64,000 nucleotides of DNA from the NCBI GenBank assembly GCA_041749335.1, contig JBGTBM010000007.1, forward strand, positions 85,408 to 149,407, written 5' to 3'. Source of the stretch: Patescibacteria group bacterium (GTDB lineage: Bacteria; Patescibacteriota; JABMPQ01). Below the pieces are notes generated by a model. It searched no databases. It was not told where the DNA came from and was given only the letters and a program-made list of their open reading frames with translations. Of the stretch, positions 29,780 through 40,947 are shown in pieces. Within the stretch, counting starts at the first letter, position 1; each line of letters begins with the position of its first letter. The position numbers and the translations under genes were made by a program.

Positions 29780-30472
29780 ATGAACTACAAAACTCTAAAA
29801 CGCATCCTCGATATCTTATTAGCGCTGACAATGCTTTTGCTGCTTTGGCCTCTAATGCTGCTAGTCGCTTTGATTATTAAGATTGATTCTCGGGGTCCGG
29901 TGATATACAAACAAGAGCGATATAACGGTATAGATCGAAAGTTTGTTATGTATAAATTTAGGACTATGCAAGTGGGAGCAAGGCAGAAAATGGTAGAAGA
30001 CCACGAAAACCCCAAAAAATTAATTACCGGAGTCGGGAAAATTTTAAGAGAACTACATATTGATGAGCTTCTCCAGCTTTATAATATTTTGAAAGGCGAT
30101 ATTAGCTTTATCGGGGTGCGACCGCAGCAGGAAGCGGAGTATCAGTGGATGTTAAAATGTTCTAAGGACTGGCCGGATCGGTTCAAGGGAAGCGTGGGGG
30201 CGGTAAGTATTGAGAGGCTGATATGTATTTACCCTACTATTCAAGAAAAATTTGTTAAAAAATTGAAAAACGCGGATTATTTATTAGACAAGCAAAGAAG
30301 AGAGGATTACGATTTGTATTATGCAAAAAACGAATGTCTATATAACGATGTGATTATTTTAATCTATTTAGCGAGAACTATTTTAGGTAAGATTTATTGT
30401 GCATTTATTACAAAGCAATATTGCGAGTATGATAGTTGTGATATAAAATGGAAAAATCGGAAGTTGTATTAA
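29780..30472 (+). CDS. Sugar transferase (WcaJ/PglC-like phosphoglycosyltransferase)
   Basis: KRILDI, DSRGPVIYKQER, KFRTM, IDELLQL.NILKGD.SF.G.RP; ATG 29780 preferred. Confidence 0.9.
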   Translation: MNYKTLKRILDILLALTMLLLLWPLMLLVALIIKIDSRGPVIYKQERYNGIDRKFVMYKFRTMQVGARQKMVEDHENPKKLITGVGKILRELHIDELLQLYNILKGDISFIGVRPQQEAEYQWMLKCSKDWPDRFKGSVGAVSIERLICIYPTIQEKFVKKLKNADYLLDKQRREDYDLYYAKNECLYNDVIILIYLARTILGKIYCAFITKQYCEYDSCDIKWKNRKLY

Positions 30473-30507
30473 AAATATAAAATATAATTTATAATGATTT
30501 TAATAAA

Positions 30508-31302
30508 TTGATGAAAGTAAATATTATTACGCATCAAGACGGATGGATACTGGATAAATTCGCGAAAGAGCTGCAAAATCGGCTGCCTTATGTAGTGCTA
30601 AATAAGAAAAATTTCAATAGCTATGATATTAATTATTATGTAAATTATTGCCTATTCAAAGGAAAATCTAGTAAAATAGATATCGCATGGTTTACTCATG
30701 TAGAAGAAAATATTCCGAGTTTAAAGAAAAAGTTTTTTGATGTTGCAAATCAAGTAGATTATTGTGTATGTCATGCAAAAAAATACGCAGATATTCTAAT
30801 AAGAAGCGGAATAAAAAATGTAAAACAAATAGTTCCCGGCATTGATACTAAGCTTTATAGTTCAAAGCTAATATTGGGCTATGTAGGTAGATTTTATAAA
30901 TACACGAATAGGAAGAATAGAAAACTTTTAGAAAAGTTATTGAAATTAGATTTTATTGAATTACGAACTACAGAAGGCGGATATTCAGAAGAAGAATTGC
31001 CAAATTTTTATCGCCAGCTAGATTATGTGATTATACCCTCAAGAATAGAGGGTGGGCCGATGTGTCTTTTAGAGGGTTTGGCATGCGGAATTCCAATAAT
31101 TGCACCCAAGAATGTTGGGATGGTGTCAGAATTTAAGCAGGGGATTCATCATTATAAAAATTCAAATATTGTTTCTTTAAAAAAATTATTGAAGAAGTTA
31201 TATAATGAAAAATTAAAGCTTAGAAAACAAGTAGAGCATCTGACCTGGGCTAGGTTTGCCAGAGAGCATGATGTATTATTTAAAAAGATATTAAAAAAAT
31301 GA
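30508..31302 (+). CDS. GT-B glycosyltransferase (family 4-like)
   Basis: GYVGR, PSRIEGGPMCLLEGLACGIP. Confidence 0.85.
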   Translation: MMKVNIITHQDGWILDKFAKELQNRLPYVVLNKKNFNSYDINYYVNYCLFKGKSSKIDIAWFTHVEENIPSLKKKFFDVANQVDYCVCHAKKYADILIRSGIKNVKQIVPGIDTKLYSSKLILGYVGRFYKYTNRKNRKLLEKLLKLDFIELRTTEGGYSEEELPNFYRQLDYVIIPSRIEGGPMCLLEGLACGIPIIAPKNVGMVSEFKQGIHHYKNSNIVSLKKLLKKLYNEKLKLRKQVEHLTWARFAREHDVLFKKILKK

Positions 31303-32243
31303 AAATAGCTTTCCATTCTAATCAGCTTTGCGAAAGGGGATCAGAGGTAGCTTTATATGACTATGCTTATTATAATGAAAAAATTCTGAAGAATAATTCA
31401 CTAATAATATCTAAAAAGGATGCCAATCTGGAATCCTTTACAAAATTTAAAGATCGATTTAATGTTTTTTTATACAAAGATTTTTCTGAGGTTGATCAAA
31501 TCTTGCGAAAGGAAAAGACAGATGTTTTTTATGCTATCAAGGATGGTAAGCGCGATGGGATAGAATCTAAAATCTGTAAAACAGTGATTCACTGCATGTT
31601 TGATCTGGACCAGCCGCACGGAGATGTTTATGCTGCAATATCTTATTGGTTGTCTCAGGAAAAATCAAATGGCAAAACCCCGGTAGTTCCCCACATGGTT
31701 AACTTGCCCAACATTAAAGCAGATTTGAGAAACGAATTAGGTATAAGTAATGATGAAATAGTATTGGGAAGATATGGCGGGTATGGAACTTTTGACTTAA
31801 AATTTGCGCACGAAGCTATAAAAAGAGCATTAAAGAAAAGAAAGGATATTGTTTTTTTATTCCAAAATACTAGTAAATTTTGCGATGATCATCCCCAGAT
31901 AATCAGATTGCCTCAAAATACGGATATGTTACAAAAAGTAAAATTTATAAATACCTGCGATGCTATGTTGCATGCCAGGGAGCAGGGAGAAACTTTTGGT
32001 CTGGCTATAGGTGAATTTAGTATTAAAAATAAGCCAATAATTACCTGGAATGGATCAAGAGATAAAGCTCATCTGGATATTCTTGGAAATAAGGCAATAA
32101 AGTATTCAAATGAAGAAGATTTGTATACTATTTTAATAAATATCAGTAAAGACAAATTAATAGGTAATGATTGGGACTGCTACAGCAATAAATATTGTCC
32201 AGAAACAGTCATGGATAAGTTTAACAAAATATTTTTATCATGA
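31299..32243 (+). CDS. GT-B glycosyltransferase
   Basis: GRYGG, CDAMLHAR..GETFGLAIGEF. Confidence 0.75.
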   Translation: MKIAFHSNQLCERGSEVALYDYAYYNEKILKNNSLIISKKDANLESFTKFKDRFNVFLYKDFSEVDQILRKEKTDVFYAIKDGKRDGIESKICKTVIHCMFDLDQPHGDVYAAISYWLSQEKSNGKTPVVPHMVNLPNIKADLRNELGISNDEIVLGRYGGYGTFDLKFAHEAIKRALKKRKDIVFLFQNTSKFCDDHPQIIRLPQNTDMLQKVKFINTCDAMLHAREQGETFGLAIGEFSIKNKPIITWNGSRDKAHLDILGNKAIKYSNEEDLYTILINISKDKLIGNDWDCYSNKYCPETVMDKFNKIFLS

Positions 32244-33013
32244 TGAAAAAGTTAACAATTATATATTTAACCCACGATAAGCATTCAAGTAAACATAAGA
32301 TTTGGCCCAATGCGATTGAAAGCAAGATGGATTTGATTTTATTTAGTTTGCAGTCGTTGCTTCCTCAAATAAGAAAAGATTTTAAGGTTTTACATATTGA
32401 TGATCATAGTTCGAATAAATCTTTAAAATTAATTCATGAATCTTTTAATTTATATAATATTGACTATGATTTTATGCAATGCGGTGATAATTCAGGCAAC
32501 AAAATACCATTTATGTTTGGTCTCAAAGAAGCATTAAAGGTTAATACTCAATATATTTATCTGGCCGAAGATGATTATTTATATGTTCCAGGAGCTATAA
32601 ATAAAATGTTATCTTTTATGGATGATAAAAAGGAAAAGATATGTTGCACTTTTTTAGACCATATGGAAAATTACTATCAAACAAATGAAAATAATTTGGC
32701 ACAAAATTATAACCCTTCGGTTATTAAAAGAAATAAATTATTTTATTTAGAGCCAGCAAGAAATACTGACTGTCCGCAATCTAACATTAAAAACACCTGG
32801 CAAAAAAAGAAAATTACTACCAGCAACCTAATTTGGAATAAAGATATTCTTCAGGGGCTAATAAAAGATATTGAAGATATAAATAATAACGAAGATTGGT
32901 TTCAGGACAGAAGAATATGCAAACTGCTTAGTAAAAAAAATATATCTTTATATGCTTATGTGCCAAGCCTAGCGCAGCACTGTACAATAAATGGTCTTTC
33001 GCCAACTTTTTGA
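32240..33013 (+). CDS. GT-A glycosyltransferase-like protein
   Basis: HIDDHS, YLAEDDYLY, PSLAQH. Confidence 0.7.
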   Translation: MMKKLTIIYLTHDKHSSKHKIWPNAIESKMDLILFSLQSLLPQIRKDFKVLHIDDHSSNKSLKLIHESFNLYNIDYDFMQCGDNSGNKIPFMFGLKEALKVNTQYIYLAEDDYLYVPGAINKMLSFMDDKKEKICCTFLDHMENYYQTNENNLAQNYNPSVIKRNKLFYLEPARNTDCPQSNIKNTWQKKKITTSNLIWNKDILQGLIKDIEDINNNEDWFQDRRICKLLSKKNISLYAYVPSLAQHCTINGLSPTF

Positions 33014-33238
33014 TAAAATAATTATGTCCAAAGGCAAGAACCGAATTAAATAAAGGGTCCGCAAAAACCGTGAGAGCATTAAATGAGGAGTTCTTTCAGT
33101 CGGGAGTGCGGATGATAATAATAGCAAAAATTATATAAATCGTTTTGTAAGTCATTTTAAAAAATTGTATGACCAAGGTGGGTTTAAAAAATTTATTAAA
33201 GTGAAGCAAAATCATCCAAACGCAATAAATCTTAAGAG

Positions 33239-34438
33239 TTACAAAATATAATATTTATTAATTATATCTTTAACTAATTGTTTAGATGTATATTTCTGGG
33301 CAAGTTTTTTAGAAAAATTACTCATTTTAGTATAAATTTCTTGATTAGATAATAGTAAATCTATTTTATTAGATAAGGCTGATGAATTTTTGGGCGGGAC
33401 TAAATATCCATTTTTGCCGGGTAGTACTAAGTCAGGAATACCGCCAATATCTGAGCCAATTATAGGAAGTCCCGAAACCAATCCTTCATAGATTACATTG
33501 GGGGAGTTGTCTGGCCAGATAGAAGGCACTACTAGGATATCGCTTATACGATATATTTCCGGAAGTTGTTCTAGGGGAAAATTACCCAAATATTTTACTT
33601 TGTCTTCAACTTTATAAATATTGATATAATCATATAATTTATTCCCATCGATATTATTGCCAACAATAATCAGGATGGCATCCGGATCTTTTATATCTTT
33701 CATTGCTTGTAATAAATATTGATACCCCTTCGTTTCAATAATCCTACCAGAGAATAATATGACCTTTTTGTCTTTTAATTGATATTTATCTTTTAAGCTG
33801 TTTTTATCAAGTTTATCCACACGATCAAATACCGGCGGATAGAAATTTGGAAAGTATTTAACATTAAGCCTGGGATTAGCCATAAGAAACATACGTTTAA
33901 TGTGTCTGCTGGGTGCCAGGAGTTGAATATTTTTCGCAGATTGAAAAAAATAGTTTCTAATAAAAAACTGTTTTAAAAAAATTGCAGGGGATACACAAGC
34001 GATGCAATTACGATAAGATGAATTTGTACAAATAGATTTATCTTTTTTTAGCATAGTGCCGCGTGCACAAATCATGTCATAGTCGGGTAGTTTCATGACA
34101 ATTTTACCTCTAAAATCTCTGATAGCTTGTAGAGGAGCAAGCCCGACTGTCCAAATGGAATGAAGGTGAATTATGTCCGGATTAAATTTATCGATTACAA
34201 TCTTTATACTTTGGGTTAAATTTGGATTATAAATTTTATTTGCAGAATTTGGCTTAATGCGAGTAATGTGTATGTCATTGTAAATTTCGTCGTTGGATTT
34301 AATATTTTTGTTGTCGAAAGCAATCACTTTAACCTCATGGCCGTATTGTAAAAGTTGTTTCGATAAAATATAGGCCGAATTGCCAGAACCGCCGGCAAAG
34401 CCAGGAGGAAACTTATGAGTTATTTGCAGTATTTTCAT
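33239..34438 (-). CDS. Glycosyltransferase family 4
   Basis: FSGRIIETKG, PSIWPDNSPNVIYE, GGIPD. Confidence 0.9.
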   Translation of the reverse strand: MKILQITHKFPPGFAGGSGNSAYILSKQLLQYGHEVKVIAFDNKNIKSNDEIYNDIHITRIKPNSANKIYNPNLTQSIKIVIDKFNPDIIHLHSIWTVGLAPLQAIRDFRGKIVMKLPDYDMICARGTMLKKDKSICTNSSYRNCIACVSPAIFLKQFFIRNYFFQSAKNIQLLAPSRHIKRMFLMANPRLNVKYFPNFYPPVFDRVDKLDKNSLKDKYQLKDKKVILFSGRIIETKGYQYLLQAMKDIKDPDAILIIVGNNIDGNKLYDYINIYKVEDKVKYLGNFPLEQLPEIYRISDILVVPSIWPDNSPNVIYEGLVSGLPIIGSDIGGIPDLVLPGKNGYLVPPKNSSALSNKIDLLLSNQEIYTKMSNFSKKLAQKYTSKQLVKDIINKYYIL

Positions 34439-34466
34439 TAAAAATTTATAATAAGATATTATATAA

Positions 34467-35054
34467 ATGCTATCAATTACAGCTGAAAAATCAAATAAAA
34501 CTGAGAATATGAAGAAAAAATTAGAAATTAATAAAATAAAAAGCCCAATAAAGTTAAATATGGGTTCGGGCGGAAAGGTGCGAGTCGGTTATATCGGCAT
34601 TGATGCAAATCCCGGTGAGGGTGTCGATATACAGATCAAGGTTGAAGACATTGAAAACTATTTTGGAAAAAATTCAGTTGATAAGATATATAGCCGTCAT
34701 ATGCTAGAGCATTTGTCTCGAAAAAAAGCTCCTCTAGTTATTAGGTCTTGGGTGAATATTTTAAAAATCGGTGGGGAAATTGAGTTAAACTTCCCTGATC
34801 TTGATAGATATGTCAAATTTTATTATAAGAACAAGAAAAAAATTCCAGTAGAGGAATTTGCCCGCTGGATATATGGGAATCAAAAGGACAAATACGATTT
34901 CCACAAAGCAGGATTTAATGGGGAATATATAGCGTCGATATTAAAAAGGGCCGGCATGAAAATATTATCAGTAGAACCGGCTAAGGTGGGAAATGGTTTG
35001 CCCCCTGAGAATAAAGCAATGATAGGCACAGTTGTTAAGGCGCTTAAAAAATAA
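34467..35054 (+). CDS. Class I SAM-dependent methyltransferase
   Basis: LNMGSG, IYSRHMLEH, LKIGG...PD; start may be 34509. Confidence 0.82.
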   Translation: MLSITAEKSNKTENMKKKLEINKIKSPIKLNMGSGGKVRVGYIGIDANPGEGVDIQIKVEDIENYFGKNSVDKIYSRHMLEHLSRKKAPLVIRSWVNILKIGGEIELNFPDLDRYVKFYYKNKKKIPVEEFARWIYGNQKDKYDFHKAGFNGEYIASILKRAGMKILSVEPAKVGNGLPPENKAMIGTVVKALKK

Positions 35055-35055
35055 T

Positions 35056-35706
35056 TTATTTTTTTTCACCTCTAAACCAAAGCACGCCTCTTTCGTTTGG
35101 ATCCATTCCTAATTTATCATTAAAAAAATTTTTGTAACGGTTATTACCGCTTGTCTTTCTGGCTACTCTATAAGAAACAACGTGAAAGTAATTTAATAGA
35201 TTTTCTTGCAGAATTTTTTCAGTAAGAGTCTGGGGTTCGCATCGCGACGGGGGTTCATTTAAGTTAAAACTGGCAATGAGTGTTCCGCCCGCCCTTATAA
35301 GTCTTAAAATTTCATCACAACTTCTTTTAAAATCTTGTACATGGTCCATTGCATTAACATTAAACATAACATCAAAAAAATTTGATGGAATTGGAATGTA
35401 ATCTTCAGTACAAGCAACATAAATCATCCCATCATTTTTAAATTGCTCGCGATATATTTTGGAATATTCAAGAACTAAAACATCAATTCCAATTCTTAAT
35501 TTTGCTGAATTAGCCCATTTTAAACTACAGATCGGACCGCATCCAAAGTCTCCAACATTTTTATCTTTTAAAAATTTATCATTATTTTCTTCTGCGATGG
35601 CTAGATATAATTTTTTTAGGGGGATGGGATCTTCGGCTAAAAGCGACAGAAAATATGGCTTCTCTCGCTTCCAAAAATGGAGTTCAGAATCTTTTTTATT
35701 TGACAT
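35056..35706 (-). CDS. Class I SAM-dependent methyltransferase
   Basis: DFGCGP, FDV...NAMDH, RAGG. Confidence 0.85.
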   Translation of the reverse strand: MSNKKDSELHFWKREKPYFLSLLAEDPIPLKKLYLAIAEENNDKFLKDKNVGDFGCGPICSLKWANSAKLRIGIDVLVLEYSKIYREQFKNDGMIYVACTEDYIPIPSNFFDVMFNVNAMDHVQDFKRSCDEILRLIRAGGTLIASFNLNEPPSRCEPQTLTEKILQENLLNYFHVVSYRVARKTSGNNRYKNFFNDKLGMDPNERGVLWFRGEKK

Positions 35707-35944
35707 CTAGATATTATTAATTATCAAAATTACGTTTAAATAAAAAACTTGCTAAATTCAGTCTAACATATATATTTAAAAATTAGCATGTACTAAATTA
35801 AATTCATCAATATAATTATATTATAACTATAATATGTTCAATAACAAAAATCAATTAATATCTTTAAAAAATTATAATATTATTTATAATATGAATATTA
35901 TAGACTACAATAAAAATTTAGTAGTTTGATAATTTAAAAAATAA

Positions 35945-36670
35945 ATGTCAAAAAATATTATTCTTACTTCATATTTTATCTCTAAAACTGATTTTCAGAG
36001 GGGGATTAGACAGGAAAAAGATAACTATGAATATATAGTTCATTGGTATACAAGCATTATTAGGTTAAAAATGAATGGGATTATCTTTTACGATAATCTA
36101 TCGGATAGCTTTATAAAAAAATATCAAAATAAATATATAAAATTTATTAAAATAAAGCTTGGTGATTTATCGTTGTATGTCGAGCGCTTTATTATTTATT
36201 ATGATTACCTAAAAAAGAATAAATATGACAACATTTTCATGACAGATATTTCTGATGTTTGGTTTAAAAAGGATCCCTTTAAATTAATTAATGACAAATA
36301 TGATCTCTATGTTGGATCTGAACTTTGTAAAAACAATATGAGTAAGTGGATGATTAAAGGATTTAATACAATTTACGGTGGAATGTCTGAAGAAGTTAAA
36401 AATAAAATAATCTTAAATGCAGGAATAATTGGTGGAAGATATATTGCAGTGCTTAAATTATTAGATTTATTTATTCAAGAGTTGAAAAAACTAGAAGAAG
36501 ATAAAAGGGAGATGATTAAAAAAGGAATAGATATAACATTTGACATGATTGCTTTAAACAAAATAATCTATTCCAATTATAAAATTAATAGGATTTATTC
36601 AAGTAAGAAATTACATAGTCCCTATAAAAAATATTTAAAAGAAGGAGATTATTGTATTTTTCATAAATAA
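35945..36670 (+). CDS. Putative GT-A glycosyltransferase
   Basis: RF..Y..YL, FMTDISDV..KDPF, LNAGIIGG. Confidence 0.6.
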   Translation: MSKNIILTSYFISKTDFQRGIRQEKDNYEYIVHWYTSIIRLKMNGIIFYDNLSDSFIKKYQNKYIKFIKIKLGDLSLYVERFIIYYDYLKKNKYDNIFMTDISDVWFKKDPFKLINDKYDLYVGSELCKNNMSKWMIKGFNTIYGGMSEEVKNKIILNAGIIGGRYIAVLKLLDLFIQELKKLEEDKREMIKKGIDITFDMIALNKIIYSNYKINRIYSSKKLHSPYKKYLKEGDYCIFHK

Positions 36671-36777
36671 ATAAAAAATATAAAATTTAGAAGAATAAAT
36701 TAAAATAATTATTTCTAAATAAAAAGAGTTGGAACAAATAAATATAATTTATAATAAATATTCGTCTGGAATTAATA

Positions 36778-37755
36778 TTATGATCTATGTTTAAATGTTG
36801 GATTATTTAAGGGAAGATCTAATTCTCGGCGAAATTTTATCTTATCAATATTTCTATAACTAAATTTTGAAACTAATTCATCCTTAATATATTTTGAATA
36901 TACTCTAGGATGGTTTTTAATTAATTGGATCAGCATTCTTCTCTTTTTTCTTTCATCGTTCCATAACGAACTCATCATGCTTTTTTCTTTACGGCGGTGA
37001 TAATACAAAGGCTTAGCGGCATCAACGATTCGAGCTTTATTTTCAAGTAAACTTAGGGAAAAGTCCCAATCTTCCCAACCATATACCATGTTGGGATTAA
37101 ATCCTCCGGCATCTTTCCATGCCTCTTTTTTAAATAAACCCACAACATGGAAGTTATTAATAAAGGGTTGGTTATTAATATTTATTTTTGATTTCCATAG
37201 AGACTTATTTATCGCCCCAAATTTTTTCATACCGGGGCAAACAAATGAAGCATGTTTATATTTGATAAATTTGTACAGAATTTCCAGGGTACTCGGTTCA
37301 ATTTTATCGTCTCCGTCCATTAAATAAATAAAGTTAAAGGTTGAATTTCTAATACCAATATTTCTTGATTCAGATAATCCAACATTTTGAGGATTACTAA
37401 TTAATTTTATATTGAAATTTTGATATTTATTTTTAATTTTATTGGCAATATTTAGTGTATCGTCATTAGAGCTATCGTTTATTATAATTATTTCAATATT
37501 TTGGTAAGTTTGATTAATAACTGATTCTATAGCTTCTATTAAATACTCACCTTGATTATAACAGGGGATAACCACCGAAATGCCTGGTTTTTGTTCATTA
37601 TCTAATAAATCTTTAATTAAAAAATAAAAATATTGTAGATAAAAATTTGGTATTATCCATAATAATTCCAATTTCTTTTTATATCTAGAGGGCAGCCTAT
37701 GTTTTATAAATAATGCTTTTAATAAAGGGGTAGGTTGAAAAATATTAATTGCCAT
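36778..37755 (-). CDS. Glycosyltransferase family 2
   Basis: VVIPCYNQ, SRNIG, MDGDD, WEDWD. Confidence 0.9.
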   Translation of the reverse strand: MAINIFQPTPLLKALFIKHRLPSRYKKKLELLWIIPNFYLQYFYFLIKDLLDNEQKPGISVVIPCYNQGEYLIEAIESVINQTYQNIEIIIINDSSNDDTLNIANKIKNKYQNFNIKLISNPQNVGLSESRNIGIRNSTFNFIYLMDGDDKIEPSTLEILYKFIKYKHASFVCPGMKKFGAINKSLWKSKININNQPFINNFHVVGLFKKEAWKDAGGFNPNMVYGWEDWDFSLSLLENKARIVDAAKPLYYHRRKEKSMMSSLWNDERKKRRMLIQLIKNHPRVYSKYIKDELVSKFSYRNIDKIKFRRELDLPLNNPTFKHRS

Positions 37756-38893
37756 AATTTTGAAAAATATCTAAATATTGATTGCTAATTAAATTCCAGT
37801 CGTAATTTTTTGCATTAGATATTCCATTTTCAGCAAGCCGGGAATATATAATTTTATTTCTAGAAAGCTCTATTATTGAATTTGCGATCTCTTTGCTACT
37901 TTTGGAAGATACAATTATCCCATCTTTGTTATGGGTAATAACATCACCGACTCCACCGGCATTGGTAGCAATGGCTGGAACGTTGGCGGCTTGCGCTTCG
38001 AGGATTACCTTGCCGAAAGGTTCATAAAGTGACGGCAAGATAAAAATATCAGCTAATTTATAATATTTCAGTATTTCTTTTTGCGGGATAGGAGGGATAA
38101 TATTAATTTTATCCTTGAGGCCGAGAATTATTAATTTATTTATAATATTAGAATAATCATCGTCATCATTTTTGCCCCCCACTAAATATAAGGTGAAGTT
38201 AATATTTTTATTATTAAGTATTTTGCAAGCATCAATTAAATAATTTAATCCTTTCATTTGTACAAATCTGCCGATATATAATAAATTTATATTTATTATA
38301 GGAAACATTTTTATTTCTTTTTGTTTCGCTGCCTGATTAAATAGTTCAAAATCTATGCCTTGTGGTACAACCTTTATTTTATCTTTCGGAATGTTGTTTG
38401 CTATTAATTCGCTTTTGATAAAATTTGATATTGGTAAAATTAAATCTACTTTTTGGGCTAAGTATTTAGCTAAATATGTAAATTCCAAATTTCTTAGCTT
38501 ATTTTTGAATCCCTTGATATAACCATGCTTGAGCGGAAGGATTGAAGTGTGAAGCGACATGGCATATTTGCAGTTTAATATTTTCCTCATTTTGCTAATG
38601 CGCCAGCCAAAAGGTATGCAGTTAAGTCCATGGATGATATCAGGCTGAATATTTTGTTTTTTTATAGCTTTGGCAAATGCAACTCCACCATTCCAGCGGA
38701 TTTTATGGGGCTTTTTAATGCGATAAATTGTGATCCCATCCTTGAGTTCTTTTGACGGTTTGTCTTTGGTAAATGAAAAAATCCAGACTTGATTTCCTTG
38801 CTTAACCTGTTCCCGCGATATATAGTAAACATTAGGGGATAGACCCCGATTTATTTCATGAGGAAATTCTTCAATTAGTCGAACAATTATCAT
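37745..38893 (-). CDS. Glycosyltransferase family 4
   Basis: IGRFVQMKG, PSLYEPFGKVILEA. Confidence 0.9.
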   Translation of the reverse strand: MIIVRLIEEFPHEINRGLSPNVYYISREQVKQGNQVWIFSFTKDKPSKELKDGITIYRIKKPHKIRWNGGVAFAKAIKKQNIQPDIIHGLNCIPFGWRISKMRKILNCKYAMSLHTSILPLKHGYIKGFKNKLRNLEFTYLAKYLAQKVDLILPISNFIKSELIANNIPKDKIKVVPQGIDFELFNQAAKQKEIKMFPIININLLYIGRFVQMKGLNYLIDACKILNNKNINFTLYLVGGKNDDDDYSNIINKLIILGLKDKINIIPPIPQKEILKYYKLADIFILPSLYEPFGKVILEAQAANVPAIATNAGGVGDVITHNKDGIIVSSKSSKEIANSIIELSRNKIIYSRLAENGISNAKNYDWNLISNQYLDIFQNYGN

Positions 38894-38946
38894 AAATTTA
38901 TATTCTAAAGATTCTATCTAAAAATAGCTTAAAAATCAATAAACCA

Positions 38947-39849
38947 ATGATTTCAGTAATAATTGTAACATATAACGAAGAAAAAAATATTAAGGAATGT
39001 TTGGATTCGATCATTAAACAATCTCAAAAATCAAATGAGATTATTCTGGTTGATGACGGTTCGACTGATAATACTTTAAAGATTGCTTCTACTTATCCAA
39101 TTAAAATTATAAAAACCCAACACCAAGAAAGATCACATGCCAGAAATATAGGTTGGAAAAATGCATCAGGTAAATATATATTATTTGCTGAAGCTGACTC
39201 TATTTTTAGTGAAAATTGGATTAAAGAAATAATGAAAAAATTTCAAGAAGGTGCAAATGCTGTGATTGATCGTAGGAAAATGTATCAGCCTAAAACTTTA
39301 TTTCAAAAAATTATGGATATCCAGTTTAATATCAGGTACACAAACTACAAGCCATTTTCAGCTTGGGCTTTTAAAAAGAGCGTTTTGCAGGATGTAGGAG
39401 GATTTAATGAGGATTTGAATCAGTCAGAGGATACGGAACTTGGCAAAAGAATTTTAGATAAGGACTATAAAATATTATTGGCTGATCAGGCGATTCAATA
39501 TCATCAGGGAGAGCCAAAAAACTTGATTGAATATTTGAAGAGAGCATTTATGATCGAGACTAGAAGGGTAGGTATTTATTATAAAAAATTTCCCGGGGAA
39601 AAACCTTTAGGGAAATTAGTCAGCATTATTATCAGTATTACTCTGATAACGCTTTCGATCGGTTGGCCGATATTATGGCTCTTATTTGTTTTTTATATAA
39701 TTACTCAGTATATATTTATTCTTTTTAAAATTATTTTCAGGGAAAAAGGATTAAAGTCTGCCGGTTTTATGCATATAATTCTGCTGGCTTTTTTTAGGCT
39801 ACTTAGAAATTATTCAGCGGCAGCCGGTTATATAATTGGAAATTTATAG
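38947..39849 (+). CDS. Glycosyltransferase family 2 with C-terminal TMs
   Basis: VTYNEE, VDDGSTD, ARNIG, SEDTE. Confidence 0.9.
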   Translation: MISVIIVTYNEEKNIKECLDSIIKQSQKSNEIILVDDGSTDNTLKIASTYPIKIIKTQHQERSHARNIGWKNASGKYILFAEADSIFSENWIKEIMKKFQEGANAVIDRRKMYQPKTLFQKIMDIQFNIRYTNYKPFSAWAFKKSVLQDVGGFNEDLNQSEDTELGKRILDKDYKILLADQAIQYHQGEPKNLIEYLKRAFMIETRRVGIYYKKFPGEKPLGKLVSIIISITLITLSIGWPILWLLFVFYIITQYIFILFKIIFREKGLKSAGFMHIILLAFFRLLRNYSAAAGYIIGNL

Positions 39850-40947
39850 GTAAGCATCTTTAAGCTGCTTAGTGCTGTTTATATCCATAAAATTTTCTTT
39901 TACTCTCTTGTATCCATTAAGTCCCAAATTTTTAGCTAGACTTGGCTCATTATATAGAGTTTTGACAGCTTGGGCGATTTCTGTCGCATTCCCTTCATTA
40001 ACCAAAATCCCAGTTTTTCCATCAATAATTGCTTCTTGAACACCGAAATGTTTTGTGCCGATAACCGGTTTTTTGAATAAGTTGGCTTCCAGATAAACGC
40101 AGCCAAAGCTTTCATAGCCACCGGGAGGATTAGATACCAGCTTGGGTGTCATAAGAAAAATATCACAATCGGTATAAAGTTTAGCCATTATATCAATATT
40201 TTTAACATCTCCTAAAAATTTAACCTTATCTGTTAAATCTAGCTTTTTTGTTAAATTTTTAAATTTAGTAAGATTTGGACCGCTACCGGCAACATTCAGT
40301 TTAATATTTTTAATATTGTTTTTTAATACATTAATCGATTTAATAATATCATCTAATCCTTTTCTTCTAATTAATCTACCAGCAAAAAACAAAGTAAAGC
40401 TTTGATCATCTTTATGGTATTTATCTAAGTATTGCAAATATTCACTATTTACGCCGGGGTTAACAATATAGACTTTGTGATGATAATTATTTGGTACAAA
40501 ATCCCTAGTTGATTGCGAATTAACGATGATTTTATTTGCGAGCTTTTGGACAATAATAATTTTCAATTTGGCAAATAAATTACCGCTTTCTATAACGTCA
40601 TACATTTCCCCGCCATAAAGGGATACGATTGGTCTTTTTCTCAGTAAAAATAAAAATAAAATAAAGTGTTGAATATTATTTATTCCTTCAAGAAAATGGA
40701 AAATATCAAAATTGTTTTTATGGGAATATGCAAATTTTAATATTTGCGTGAGATTATTCTTGGGGTACCGGTAAATTATGCCTTGATAATAATTTTCTTC
40801 ATTAATATCCTCATATTTAGCAATACTCAAGATATTTGGAGAGATATAAAACTTAGGCAAGTTCTTAGTATAATTAATAACTCTGGTTTGGATGCCTCCG
40901 GTTCTTTCTTCTGCCAATTTTTCACAAATAATTAATACTTTTTTCAT
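39844..40947 (-). CDS. Glycosyltransferase family 4
   Basis: AGRLIRRKG, ESFGCVYLEA. Confidence 0.9.
   Translation of the reverse strand: MKKVLIICEKLAEERTGGIQTRVINYTKNLPKFYISPNILSIAKYEDINEENYYQGIIYRYPKNNLTQILKFAYSHKNNFDIFHFLEGINNIQHFILFLFLLRKRPIVSLYGGEMYDVIESGNLFAKLKIIIVQKLANKIIVNSQSTRDFVPNNYHHKVYIVNPGVNSEYLQYLDKYHKDDQSFTLFFAGRLIRRKGLDDIIKSINVLKNNIKNIKLNVAGSGPNLTKFKNLTKKLDLTDKVKFLGDVKNIDIMAKLYTDCDIFLMTPKLVSNPPGGYESFGCVYLEANLFKKPVIGTKHFGVQEAIIDGKTGILVNEGNATEIAQAVKTLYNEPSLAKNLGLNGYKRVKENFMDINSTKQLKDAYL

Noticed and set aside
33014-33238. Possible pseudogene fragment
   Set aside because: No recognisable motif in frames translated by hand.
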